Assembly: GCA_018056705.1 (NCBI GenBank)
Contig: JAGPFE010000006.1
Location: forward strand, 8,437-72,436
DNA from: Candidatus Hydrogenedentota bacterium
GTDB lineage: Bacteria > Hydrogenedentota > Hydrogenedentia > Hydrogenedentales > CAITNO01
Length of the DNA: 64,000 nt
Direction: 5' to 3'
Below the pieces are notes generated by a model that ran no database searches, was not told the origin of the DNA, and worked only from the letters and a program-made list of their open reading frames with translations. Shown one piece after another: positions 40,785 to 50,202 of the stretch (position 1 is the stretch's first letter; every line of letters begins with the position of its first letter). The translations under genes were made by a program, and so were the position numbers.

Positions 40785-41723
40785 ATGACAGAGAGGCCGG
40801 ACGACGTGCGAGAGGACCAGGGCAAATGCCTGCTGGGACCAGGAGCGAGCCTGGAATGGTCCGCCTCCTGGTCAAAGGGTCCCTTGAGCGTCCACCTCGT
40901 TAGCCACGTGGGTAAAAAGCGCCAGAACAACGAAGATTCCTGCATGTTTTTCGCCCCCGAACCCGATACCCTCGAACGACGGGGGTATCTCCTGGCCGTT
41001 GCCGACGGCATGGGGGGGGCCAGCGCGGGCGAACGGGCCAGCAGACTCTGCCTCGAGCAACTCGCCGACTGGTTCTATTCACCCCGCGTCAAGGGGCTCG
41101 TGCCTCATGCCCTGCGCTACGCCCTGCACATGGCCAATGAAGCCGTTTTTACCGAGGCCACGGCAAATCCCGAATTCGAGGGCATGGGCACCACCCTCTC
41201 CGCCATCGCCCTGTTCGGCAACTGGGCCTACCTGGCCCAGGTCGGAGACAGCCGTATCTATCTCCATCGCCCCGAAAAAGGCTTCTTCCAGATGACGGAA
41301 GACCACTCGCTCGTGGCCGAGCAGTTACGCAGCGGCCTGATCAATGAAAACGAGGCCAAGAATCACCTGCTGAAAAACCTGATCACCCGCGCGGTCGGTA
41401 TCAAGGATTCCGTGGAGGCCGACTTTTTCGCCGTGGAACTGCACCGGGGAGATACGGTCCTGCTGTGCTCGGACGGCCTGAGCAACATGGTGCCCGACGA
41501 GCAACTGGAAGCCGCGCTGGCCCTGGAGGACCTGAACGAAATCACGGCCAGGCTGCTGCAGGGCGCCCTCGATGGCGGCGGTACCGACAACATCACCTTC
41601 GTGCTGATGCGCGTCACGGACAACCTGCCTGAATCCTACTACCAGCAGGGCGCGGACAAGGTATTGTTCGACTCGCGCGGGTTCTTCAAACGGCTCAGGA
41701 ACTGGTTCCCCAGGTCCAGGTAG
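40785..41723 (+). CDS. PP2C-family Ser/Thr protein phosphatase
   Basis: 312 aa; GKKRQNNEDS ... LAVADGMGGASAGE ... LLCSDGLSNMV ... GGTDNITFV PP2C motifs; GGAGA RBS. Confidence 0.8.
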   Translation: MTERPDDVREDQGKCLLGPGASLEWSASWSKGPLSVHLVSHVGKKRQNNEDSCMFFAPEPDTLERRGYLLAVADGMGGASAGERASRLCLEQLADWFYSPRVKGLVPHALRYALHMANEAVFTEATANPEFEGMGTTLSAIALFGNWAYLAQVGDSRIYLHRPEKGFFQMTEDHSLVAEQLRSGLINENEAKNHLLKNLITRAVGIKDSVEADFFAVELHRGDTVLLCSDGLSNMVPDEQLEAALALEDLNEITARLLQGALDGGGTDNITFVLMRVTDNLPESYYQQGADKVLFDSRGFFKRLRNWFPRSR

Positions 41724-41752
41724 TCTTCCCGTCCGAAGAGAGGAGAACGCCC

Positions 41753-43144
41753 ATGAGCGCGCGCGCTTTCCTTGGAATCCTTTCGCTGCTGTTCCCCCTG
41801 GCTTTTTCCGCGTCGGCATCGGGAGGCTGGCAGGCTGGCGTGGGGCGGGTCGAAATCACCCCGGACACCCCCATGTGGCTGGCGGGATACGCCGCCCGGG
41901 ATCACGCCGCGGAAGGTACCCTGCAGCCCCTGTGGATCAAGGCCCTCGCCCTGCGGGACGCGGACGGTAACACGGGCGTTATCATTACCGCCGACCTGCT
42001 GGGCTTCACCGGCGAGATGACCGATGCCGTGCGGAACAAGTTGCGAACGGAACGAGGGATCCAGCCCGCGCAACTAATCATCAACAGTTCCCATACCCAT
42101 TCGGGACCGATCGTGGGTAAACGACTGCTGTGTATCTATCCCCTGGATGACACCGGGAAACAGCAGGTGGAACGGATGACCCGGCGGGTGATCGACGCGG
42201 CCGTCCAGGCTGCTGTCGCCGCCCTGGATGATCTTGCTCCCGCTCGCCTGTTCGCGGGGAACGGGGTCTGTCGTTTCGCGGTCAACCGCCGCAACAATCC
42301 TGAACCGGATATCGCGGGCAACTTCGCGCTGAAAGGCCCTTCTGACCACGCGGTACCCGTGCTCAGCATCACGGACGCCGATGGAACGAAGGTAAAAGCG
42401 GTGCTGTTCGGCTATGCCTGCCACGCCACGGTGCTGTCGGGATACCAGTGGTGTGGCGATTACCCCGGGTTTGCCCAGGTCGCTATCGAAGAGGCCCTGC
42501 CCGGAACCCAGGCGCTGTTTTTCCAGGGATGCGGAGCCAACCAGAATCCGCTTCCCCGCCGGTCGGTGCCCCTTGCCAGGCAATATGGACGCGAACTGGC
42601 AGCCGCCGTCTTGCGCGTGCTGGAAGATACCGGGGAACTGCGGGAATTGCGGCCCAGCCTGCGCCAGGCCTACGGAACGGCGCGCGTCGATACGGTGCCA
42701 CCCGCCAGCCGCGAAGCGCTGGAAGATATCGCCCGGAATCACGGAACGCCCTACATGCGCCAGGCCGCGAAGGACCTGCTGGAAATACTGGATCAGACCG
42801 GCAGCATTCCCACCGGGGTCGATTACCCCCTGCATGCCTGGAATCTCGGTGACCAGCCCCTCGTCGCCTTTGCCGGCGAGACCGTGGTGGATTACGCGAT
42901 CCAGGCCAAAACCCGCCTCGGCCTGAACACCTTCGTCATGGGATACTGCGATAACGTCATGAGTTACATCCCCACCGCGGCAATCATCCGCGAAGGCGGG
43001 TACGAAGGCGAGAGTTCCCAGTTGATCTATGGGTTCGCCGCGAAATGGCGTGAAGACATCGAAACCCGGATCCTGGACCTGCTGGATACGCTCGCCATGG
43101 AGGTCGGATTCCATGTCGCGTCTCGACCGGCCCAGGCGCCCTGA
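41753..43144 (+). CDS. secreted neutral/alkaline ceramidase N-terminal-domain family protein (paralog 1)
   Basis: 463 aa; Sec signal MSARAFLGILSLLFPLAFSASASG; GVGRVEITPDTPMWLAGY and the INSSHTHSGP motif as in neutral ceramidases; AGGAGA RBS. Confidence 0.65.
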   Translation: MSARAFLGILSLLFPLAFSASASGGWQAGVGRVEITPDTPMWLAGYAARDHAAEGTLQPLWIKALALRDADGNTGVIITADLLGFTGEMTDAVRNKLRTERGIQPAQLIINSSHTHSGPIVGKRLLCIYPLDDTGKQQVERMTRRVIDAAVQAAVAALDDLAPARLFAGNGVCRFAVNRRNNPEPDIAGNFALKGPSDHAVPVLSITDADGTKVKAVLFGYACHATVLSGYQWCGDYPGFAQVAIEEALPGTQALFFQGCGANQNPLPRRSVPLARQYGRELAAAVLRVLEDTGELRELRPSLRQAYGTARVDTVPPASREALEDIARNHGTPYMRQAAKDLLEILDQTGSIPTGVDYPLHAWNLGDQPLVAFAGETVVDYAIQAKTRLGLNTFVMGYCDNVMSYIPTAAIIREGGYEGESSQLIYGFAAKWREDIETRILDLLDTLAMEVGFHVASRPAQAP

Positions 43145-44771
43145 TGCGCCCATCCTCGATCCCCTGGTCGTCGGGCTGATGCTGCTGGCCGTGACCCTGG
43201 GATCACCGGCCCTTGCCCAGGTCAGCGCGCGGGATACCGGGGCCAGGGGAGATGGCGCCACCGATGATACCCGCGCCATACAACAGGCCATCGACCTTGC
43301 CGCGAACAAGGGCCATGCCGTCATTTTCCCCCCGGGCACGTACCTGTGCGGCCACCTTGAACTGCCTTCGGGAACCACGCTCCGACTGGAACCTGGAGCC
43401 GTGCTCAAGGGCACCCGGAAGCGATCCGCCTATCCGCCCCGGGAAGAACTTCCTTTCCCCAACGACGCGGATCATGAAACCGCCTGTTTCAAGCCATCGC
43501 TACTCTTCGCCGAAAACGTCGAGCGCGTCTCGATCGAAGGCCCCGGCACCATCCTCATGGACTTCGAAAAAAGGGGGGGGCCCAAGCCCGTGGCTCTCCG
43601 GCGCTGCCGAGACGTCCGGATCCGGGATCTCACCATCCTGAACGCCCCGAACTACGCCATCAGCCTGCTGGGCTGTGAAGAAGTGGACATCTCCGCCGTC
43701 ACCATCCTGAACGCCTTCGCCGACGGCATTGACCCCGACGCCTGCCGGAACGTCCGGATCACCAACTGCCGGGTCGAGTCGGTGGACGACGCGATCGTTC
43801 CAAAAAGCAGCTTTTCCCTCGGGGAAGCCCGACCTGCTGAAAACATCGTCGTGACAGGCTGCATCCTTTCCACCGTGTGTAACGGATTCAAACTCGGCAC
43901 GGAATCCAGGGGCGGGTTCCGGAACATCACCGTGTCTAACTGTGTCATCACCGGGTTCAAGGACCGTCGTCCCGCCATTTCGGGCATCTCGCTGGAAACC
44001 GTGGACGGAGGCATGCTGCAGGGCATCAACATCAGCAACGTCAGCATGGTCAACGCGCGCGCCCCCATCTTCATCCGGCTGGGCAATCGCGGCCGCGACA
44101 TGGCCGAACCGGTTCCCGGTGTCCTGAAAGACGTCGTCATCTCCGGCGTCACCGCCCGGAACGCTTCGCTGGCGGCCAGTATCACCGGGATCCCCGGGCA
44201 CCCCGCCCGGGACATTACCCTGCGCGATCTCTACTTCGAATTCTCGGGCGCCAATCCCTTCCAGCCGTGGGAAGCGGTCCCCGAAAAGGAAGACGCCTAT
44301 CCAGAAGCCCTGATGTTCGGCGGCCTGCCCGCGTACGCCCTCTATTGCCGGCACGTGGAGGGACTGACCCTCGAAAACATCACGGTGCGGTGGCGGGAGG
44401 GCTTCTGGCGGTTGACTACCGACGTCTACCGCGATATTTCCTGGCCGGAAGAGGGTACCCTGCCTTCCCACGCCCAGCCCGCCGATCCCGGCACGGCGTG
44501 CCATTTCGAGTCGGTGGCCGGGCTCGTCTGCCGCGACCTCCGAATTTCCCCCGCGCCACCGGCGTCCGAGCCGATAACGCGCTGCGTGAACGTCCGATCC
44601 GCCCGCTTTGATGTTGCTCCATTGCCCCCGACCAGCCCCATGCCTTTCATGGCCGTTGCCGGGGCCGACTGTGCCGACATCCTGCTCCGGGGGATCCCCG
44701 AATCCGTTTCGGCCCCCTTCTGGATAGCGGATCCGGTGGTTCCGGCGGGGGCCGTGCGGACCAGTCCATGA
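43113..44771 (+). CDS. secreted right-handed beta-helix protein, glycoside hydrolase family 28 / Pectate_lyase_3-like
   Basis: Start at the ATG at 43113 (32-nt overlap with the upstream gene), giving signal peptide MSRLDRPRRPDAPILDPLVVGLMLLAVTLGSPALAQ; GARGDGATDDTRAIQQAIDLAA motif; PbH1-like repeats. Confidence 0.65.
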   Translation: MSRLDRPRRPDAPILDPLVVGLMLLAVTLGSPALAQVSARDTGARGDGATDDTRAIQQAIDLAANKGHAVIFPPGTYLCGHLELPSGTTLRLEPGAVLKGTRKRSAYPPREELPFPNDADHETACFKPSLLFAENVERVSIEGPGTILMDFEKRGGPKPVALRRCRDVRIRDLTILNAPNYAISLLGCEEVDISAVTILNAFADGIDPDACRNVRITNCRVESVDDAIVPKSSFSLGEARPAENIVVTGCILSTVCNGFKLGTESRGGFRNITVSNCVITGFKDRRPAISGISLETVDGGMLQGINISNVSMVNARAPIFIRLGNRGRDMAEPVPGVLKDVVISGVTARNASLAASITGIPGHPARDITLRDLYFEFSGANPFQPWEAVPEKEDAYPEALMFGGLPAYALYCRHVEGLTLENITVRWREGFWRLTTDVYRDISWPEEGTLPSHAQPADPGTACHFESVAGLVCRDLRISPAPPASEPITRCVNVRSARFDVAPLPPTSPMPFMAVAGADCADILLRGIPESVSAPFWIADPVVPAGAVRTSP

Positions 44772-44845
44772 TCCTTCCCGTTTCCGGCGCGCGCCATGTA
44801 CAATACAAGCAACGTTACGGCTTCAACCGGAAAGGAGTGGTGGTT

Positions 44846-46261
44846 ATGAACCGCGAGTTCGTCCGCGCCTCTTCCCGCCGCGATTTCTTCCGGCAGTCCG
44901 CGGCAGTCATGGCAGCGCTTACCCTCGTCCCGCGTGCCGCCCGGGCGGAATCCGGTGGCGGTATCGCGCCGTTCTCCTGTGATATCACGCCCCCCTTGGG
45001 CACCCCCTGGTATCCTTCTTACGGTCCCCTGGGTGAGATCGAGCATCCCCTGCTCGCGAAGGGCGTTGTCCTGGAGGATGCCGGTGGGCGCTACGTCCTG
45101 TGCGCGCTGGATTATTGCGAGTTGCGGAATTCCGCTTATGATCGGGCCTGTGCCACGCTGGCCGAAGCCGCCGGTACCACGCCGGACCGGGTCGCGGTAC
45201 ACACCGTGCATCAGCACACCGCTCCCATGGTGGATCCTGAAGCCTTTGCCCTGGCGGACACGGTGGCTTCGCCTCCTCCGCGCCCCGACCTCACAACCAT
45301 GGAACGACTGCTGGCGCAACTGGCCGAAACGGTCAGGACGGCTGCCAGCCGGATGGTTCCATGGAACCGGGTCGGAACCGGTCGGGCGCGGGTGGAGCGG
45401 GTGGCCTCCAATCGCCGGGTGCGGGGTGAGGACGGAAAGATCCTTACCCGTTTCAGTTCCTGCAAGGATCCGAAACTGGTCGAAGCCCCTGAGGGACTGG
45501 TCGATCCCTGGCTGAAAACCGTCACTTTCGCCCGGGATGACACCCCCCTAGTCCGGCTGCATTACTACGCCACGCATCCCCAGAGTTTTTACGGGGACAC
45601 CCGGAGCACGTACGATTTCCCCGGCATGGCGCGGGAGTGGCTGGAACGGCGCGAAGGCATTCCCCAAGTGTACTTTACCGGCTGCGCCGGCAACATCGCC
45701 GCCGGCAAATACAACAACGGCACGCCCGAAGCCCGGGAGGGACTTTACCTTCGCCTGCGCGCGGCCATGGAGACTGCCGCCCGCGCGACGGCCTACGAGC
45801 CGGCCCAGCCCATCACCTGGCGAACCACCAGCCTTCAACTTGAGCCCATCACGTCGGGAGAACTGGCCCCCGACGCGCTGATGGCCGCGCTTGAAAATAC
45901 TGCCCAGTCGCATAACACCCGCCTGGATGCCGCCATGTGCCGGGTGTTCCAGGAACGGGCGCGAAAACCTTTCCTGCTGACCGCGCTGGACACCGGTAAA
46001 CTGGTCCTGATGCACTTGCCCGGTGAAATGGCCGTGGAGTTTCAGTTGTACGCCCAGACCATCCAGCCCGACCGGTTCGTGGCGGTGGCCGCTTACGGCG
46101 ACTGTGCCCCGTCCTACGTGAACCCGGCGTCCTTTTTCCAGGAAGGCGGGTACGAGGCCTCGGCCTCGCTGGTCGTTCCCGAATCCGAACAACGGGTCCT
46201 GGCCGCGATTCGACAACTGGCGGGACTTCCCGCCCAGGATCCCGGGGACGCGAAGGCATGA
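44846..46261 (+). CDS. TAT-secreted neutral ceramidase-like family protein (paralog 2)
   Basis: Start at the ATG at 44846 with an AAAGGAG RBS: MNREFVRASSRRDFFRQSAAVMAALTLVPRAARA is a twin-arginine signal; the VHTVHQHTAP motif parallels HTHSGP in paralog 1. Confidence 0.6.
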   Translation: MNREFVRASSRRDFFRQSAAVMAALTLVPRAARAESGGGIAPFSCDITPPLGTPWYPSYGPLGEIEHPLLAKGVVLEDAGGRYVLCALDYCELRNSAYDRACATLAEAAGTTPDRVAVHTVHQHTAPMVDPEAFALADTVASPPPRPDLTTMERLLAQLAETVRTAASRMVPWNRVGTGRARVERVASNRRVRGEDGKILTRFSSCKDPKLVEAPEGLVDPWLKTVTFARDDTPLVRLHYYATHPQSFYGDTRSTYDFPGMAREWLERREGIPQVYFTGCAGNIAAGKYNNGTPEAREGLYLRLRAAMETAARATAYEPAQPITWRTTSLQLEPITSGELAPDALMAALENTAQSHNTRLDAAMCRVFQERARKPFLLTALDTGKLVLMHLPGEMAVEFQLYAQTIQPDRFVAVAAYGDCAPSYVNPASFFQEGGYEASASLVVPESEQRVLAAIRQLAGLPAQDPGDAKA

Positions 46262-47604
46262 GCGCGCCCCCTGTCACCAGGCGTGGCTGGTTAGCCGGCC
46301 TGGCCGCGACGGCCGGATGGGGTCGCCTTGCCCTGGGACGGCAGGACCCGCCGACCCCACCGGAACTGGCCCCGAAGGCCATTTCGGGAGATTCCCGGAA
46401 TCCCACGGAATGGACCGAGCCCCTTGTCATCACCGTGGGTGGACCCGACGCGGACATCCAGGGGTTTACCGATCGGGCCATCCAGGCCGCGGTGGATTAC
46501 ATCGCCGCGAGGGGATCAGGCGCCGCGCGCCTGACGACGGGAACCTTCACGCTGCGCAATGCCGTGTACCTGCGTCCTGGTGTGCGCCTCACGGGCGCGG
46601 GGGAGGCAACCATCCTTCGCAAGGCCCCGATGGAACGGACAGCCCTCGCCAGGGACGCCGACTGGTATGACCAGGAACTGGCCCTTGTCGACGCGTCTGG
46701 GTTTCCTCCCGGCTGTGGCATCTGCCTCGAGGGAGTGCAACCCCATTCCGGTACCCGAATCGTCGTGAAACGCACGGTCATCGCCCGGGATGGAAACCGC
46801 GTGCTGCTTGACCGCGCGTTACGAGAAAACTTCTGGGTCGAGTTCAATCCCGTGATTTCCTCCCTGTTTCCCCTGGTCACGGCGGAAAATGCCTCGCGGC
46901 TCGCGATTGAAAACCTGGTCCTGGACGGAAACCGAGCGGAAAATGCCGCGCTGGATGGCAACTACGCCGGATGCCTCTGGTTCCAGGATTGTTCGGATAT
47001 CACCATCCGGAACGTGATCGCCCGCGATTACAACGGCGATGGTATTTCCTGGCAGATCTGTCACGACGTGACGCTGGAACACTGCAAGTCGCTGGATAAC
47101 ACCATGCTGGGCATGCACCCGGGTTCCGGATCCCAGCGCCCGGTCATCCGCGACTGCGAACTTTCCGGAAATGGCATCGGCGTCTTTTTCTGCTGGGGCG
47201 TTCGCCACGGCCTGGTGGAACGATGCGACATCCACGACAACACCGACTCCGGCATATCCATCGGCCACCGGGATCACGGCAACCTCATCCGGGAGTGTGT
47301 CATCCGGAACAACGGCAACCATGGCATCCTCTTCCGCCCGGAACGGGGTGAAGGATTCACGGCCACGGCCAATACCATTGAAAACTGCCGGATCGTCGAC
47401 AACGGCGGAGAAAACAGCGCGGCTGTCGAAATCCAGGGCGTCACCAGCGGTAACCGCTTTATCCGGAACCATTTCGAGGAAACCCGGGATCGGGCCCGCC
47501 GCGTGGCCATCCGGCTAGCCCCGGAATCTGGCGAACAGTCCTTCGAAAAAAACCGCTTCCAGGGGTTCTACCGGGATATCGAACGTGTAAAGGCTGACAC
47601 ATGA
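46258..47604 (+). CDS. TAT-secreted parallel beta-helix repeat protein
   Basis: 448 aa; TRRGWLAGLAATAGWG Tat-like signal; repeated NG.G..F/I..C...V..C motifs of PbH1 repeats; ATGA coupling on both sides. Confidence 0.6.
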   Translation: MSAPPVTRRGWLAGLAATAGWGRLALGRQDPPTPPELAPKAISGDSRNPTEWTEPLVITVGGPDADIQGFTDRAIQAAVDYIAARGSGAARLTTGTFTLRNAVYLRPGVRLTGAGEATILRKAPMERTALARDADWYDQELALVDASGFPPGCGICLEGVQPHSGTRIVVKRTVIARDGNRVLLDRALRENFWVEFNPVISSLFPLVTAENASRLAIENLVLDGNRAENAALDGNYAGCLWFQDCSDITIRNVIARDYNGDGISWQICHDVTLEHCKSLDNTMLGMHPGSGSQRPVIRDCELSGNGIGVFFCWGVRHGLVERCDIHDNTDSGISIGHRDHGNLIRECVIRNNGNHGILFRPERGEGFTATANTIENCRIVDNGGENSAAVEIQGVTSGNRFIRNHFEETRDRARRVAIRLAPESGEQSFEKNRFQGFYRDIERVKADT

Positions 47605-48833
47605 ACACGGGGGGTACACGGCGCGCCTTTCAGAAAATCGGGGAAGACCTGCGTTTTCTGGCGGGTTGTTTGCCCCACCGGGTCGCCCGGACGGAGGAAG
47701 AAGCGGAAGCGGCGGAATATATCAAATCCCGCCTGCGGGACATCCTTGGACCGGAAGGGGTGGAATCCGAAGCCTTTGAAGCCCCCGAAAACGCGATGCT
47801 GCTGCGCGGTTCGATCATGCTCGAATTCGTGGTGGTGTCCCTGATCGCCACGTGGTGGCCCCTTGCCGGCGCGGTCTACGGCGCTGTCGTCACGCTCGCG
47901 CTGACGCTGGACCTGCTCGGCTTTCCCCTGCTGGAAAGACTGGTCCCTTCCTTCACCAGCCGGAATATCGTGGGGGCCTGTCCCGGCGTTTCGCCCCGGG
48001 AGATGCTCGTGTTCACCGCGCACTACGACACCGGCATGGTGACACCGATGCAGCGGCTGGCCGAAACGGTCGGCACCCGGAAATTGTACCTGCTGGTCGT
48101 GGGACTGGCCGTGCAGGTCGTGGGGGCCTGCCTCGTGGAAGGCATCCTGAAATACCACGGACTTGAGAGCCCCCCTCTCGTGGCTTACCGCTGGGCCGCC
48201 ACGTGGGGACTCCTTGGAGTGGGCATCCTCCATTTCCTGTCCGGACGGGGAGAGCCCAGCCGGGGAGCTAACTACAACGCGTCGGGCGTGGCGGCCCTGC
48301 TCGCCCTCGCGGAACGCCTCCATGAGCGTCCGCTGTGGCACTATGACGTGCTCGTGGTTTTCCCGGGCGCGCACCGGGAAAACATGGCGGGCCTGCGGAC
48401 CTTCCTGGCCCGCTGCAAGCCCATGAAAGCGATCCTGCGGCTGATTCACGTGGAAGGCGTGGGCATGGGCACGCCCGCTTACGTGACGGAAGAGGGTGAG
48501 TTCACCAGGCGGGCGGATTCGGAACTGGTCGCGGTGGCCAGGACCATTTCGGACACATTCGGAGCGATTCCGGTCCAACTTCATCGGCCCGCCGGGGCAT
48601 GGTGCGCCATCGCCCGGGGATATCCCGCCATCACGATTACAAGTGCTGACTCCATGGGACGTCCAGGCGCGCCCGCTGCCCGGGACGATTCCCTGGCCTC
48701 CGTCAGCGAGGAACGGACCTTCGATGCCGCGCGCTTCATCGAGGCCATGGCCCGCGAACTGGACAACCTGGCCTGCCCCCCGGACGCAACGGGTGGTCAT
48801 GACCCCGGAGATACCGATGCGAATCACGCCTGA
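47601..48833 (+). CDS. M28-family peptidase-like membrane protein
   Basis: 410 aa; FTAHYDT and NYNASGVAALLALAERL motifs; several hydrophobic helices. Confidence 0.55.
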   Translation: MNTGGTRRAFQKIGEDLRFLAGCLPHRVARTEEEAEAAEYIKSRLRDILGPEGVESEAFEAPENAMLLRGSIMLEFVVVSLIATWWPLAGAVYGAVVTLALTLDLLGFPLLERLVPSFTSRNIVGACPGVSPREMLVFTAHYDTGMVTPMQRLAETVGTRKLYLLVVGLAVQVVGACLVEGILKYHGLESPPLVAYRWAATWGLLGVGILHFLSGRGEPSRGANYNASGVAALLALAERLHERPLWHYDVLVVFPGAHRENMAGLRTFLARCKPMKAILRLIHVEGVGMGTPAYVTEEGEFTRRADSELVAVARTISDTFGAIPVQLHRPAGAWCAIARGYPAITITSADSMGRPGAPAARDDSLASVSEERTFDAARFIEAMARELDNLACPPDATGGHDPGDTDANHA

Positions 48834-50202
48834 ACTTCTGCGACGGTATGACCAGCCCGGCCCCCGGTACACCAGTTATCCCACCGCGGTGGAATGGAAA
48901 CCGGACATCACCGGGGAAATGACCGCCGCGGCCCTGGGGGAGGCCTCTTCCCGGGAAACCGATCCTCTTTCGCTGTACGTCCACCTGCCCTATTGCGCTT
49001 CCCGTTGCCTGTACTGCGGCTGTAATGCCACCGTGCCCGCCTCGGCATCCGACGTGACCGCTTACCTGGACTCGCTCGTCCGGGAACTTGACGACGTGGC
49101 GGCCCTGCTGCGTTCGCGCCGCGTCCTCTCCCAGCTGCACTGGGGCGGCGGCACGCCGAATTACCTGGCCCCCGAGCAGGCCGAACGTCTGCGCGAGGCC
49201 ATTGCCGAACGCTTTACCTTCACCCCGGACGCGGAAATCGCCATCGAGATCAACCCGTCCCTGGCCACGCCCGAACAGTTACGGTTGCTGCGAAACCTTG
49301 GATTCAACCGGATCAGCCTCGGCGTGCAGGACCTGGCTCCGGAAGTGCAACGGGCCGTCGCCCGGAACCAGACCTGGCAACAAACCCGCCTCGTGTTTGA
49401 AACCTGCCGCGAACTGGGATTCCAGGGTATCAACATCGATCTGATCTATGGGCTGCCCCTGCAACGCGCCGAAGCGTGGCAACAGACCCTGGACCGGGTC
49501 TGCGAACTCCGCCCGGACCGCATCGCCGTGTACAGTTTCGCCTGGCTGCCTGACCGGTTGCCTCACCAGCAGGCCCTGGCGCGGTTCCCCATGCCAGGGG
49601 CCGAAGAAAAACTGGCCCTGTTTGCCGCGGCTCGAAACCGGTTCATCACCGAAGGGTATCGTCCTATCGGCATGGACCATTTCGCCCTGCCCGAGGACGA
49701 ACTATCCCGGGCCATGGACATGGGACACCTGAACCGGAACTTCATGGGCTACACGGTCCAGGCCGCCACCGAACAGATTGGCATCGGCGCGTCCGCCATC
49801 AGCGAGTTCCCGGTGCTCTATGCCCAGAATGTAAAGGATCCCGGGACATACATCGCCCTGGCCGGGAAAGGTCTTCCCCCCACGGCCTCCGGGGTGGTCC
49901 TCGATGCCGACGACCGGCTCCGCCGCCGACTTATCCGGGACCTCATGTGCCGGTTCCGGTTACGCTGGAGCGATCTCGCGGCATTCCACCCGTCGTTGGC
50001 CAATCCCGACACCGCCCCGGAAGTCTTCGCCGACGCGTGGCCCGACCTGCAAGCCATGGAGCGGGACGGCCTGGTTGAACTCCAGGGCGATGGACTCACG
50101 GTCACCCCGCTCGGACGGGTTTTCGTGCGGGTGGTATGCATGGCCTTTGACATTCGCCTGCGACGATCCCGCAACCAGGCCGCGTTCTCGAGGACCGTCT
50201 GA
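48799..50202 (+). CDS. hemN: oxygen-independent coproporphyrinogen III oxidase (radical SAM, HemN)
   Basis: ELLRRYDQPGPRYTSYPT N-terminus and the CX3CX2CXC motif YVHLPYCASRCLYCGC; start at the ATG at 48799 or 48817, overlapping the end of the M28 gene. Confidence 0.85.
   Translation: MTPEIPMRITPELLRRYDQPGPRYTSYPTAVEWKPDITGEMTAAALGEASSRETDPLSLYVHLPYCASRCLYCGCNATVPASASDVTAYLDSLVRELDDVAALLRSRRVLSQLHWGGGTPNYLAPEQAERLREAIAERFTFTPDAEIAIEINPSLATPEQLRLLRNLGFNRISLGVQDLAPEVQRAVARNQTWQQTRLVFETCRELGFQGINIDLIYGLPLQRAEAWQQTLDRVCELRPDRIAVYSFAWLPDRLPHQQALARFPMPGAEEKLALFAAARNRFITEGYRPIGMDHFALPEDELSRAMDMGHLNRNFMGYTVQAATEQIGIGASAISEFPVLYAQNVKDPGTYIALAGKGLPPTASGVVLDADDRLRRRLIRDLMCRFRLRWSDLAAFHPSLANPDTAPEVFADAWPDLQAMERDGLVELQGDGLTVTPLGRVFVRVVCMAFDIRLRRSRNQAAFSRTV

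Noticed and set aside
42074-44504. 446-aa and 334-aa minus-strand ORFs
   Set aside because: Antisense to the ceramidase-like and GH28-like genes, which carry signal peptides, RBSs and family motifs.
47568-48872. 434-aa minus-strand ORF
   Set aside because: Antisense to the M28-like gene. The plus frame has HYDT and NASGVAALL peptidase motifs, while the minus frame is Arg/Gly-rich noise.
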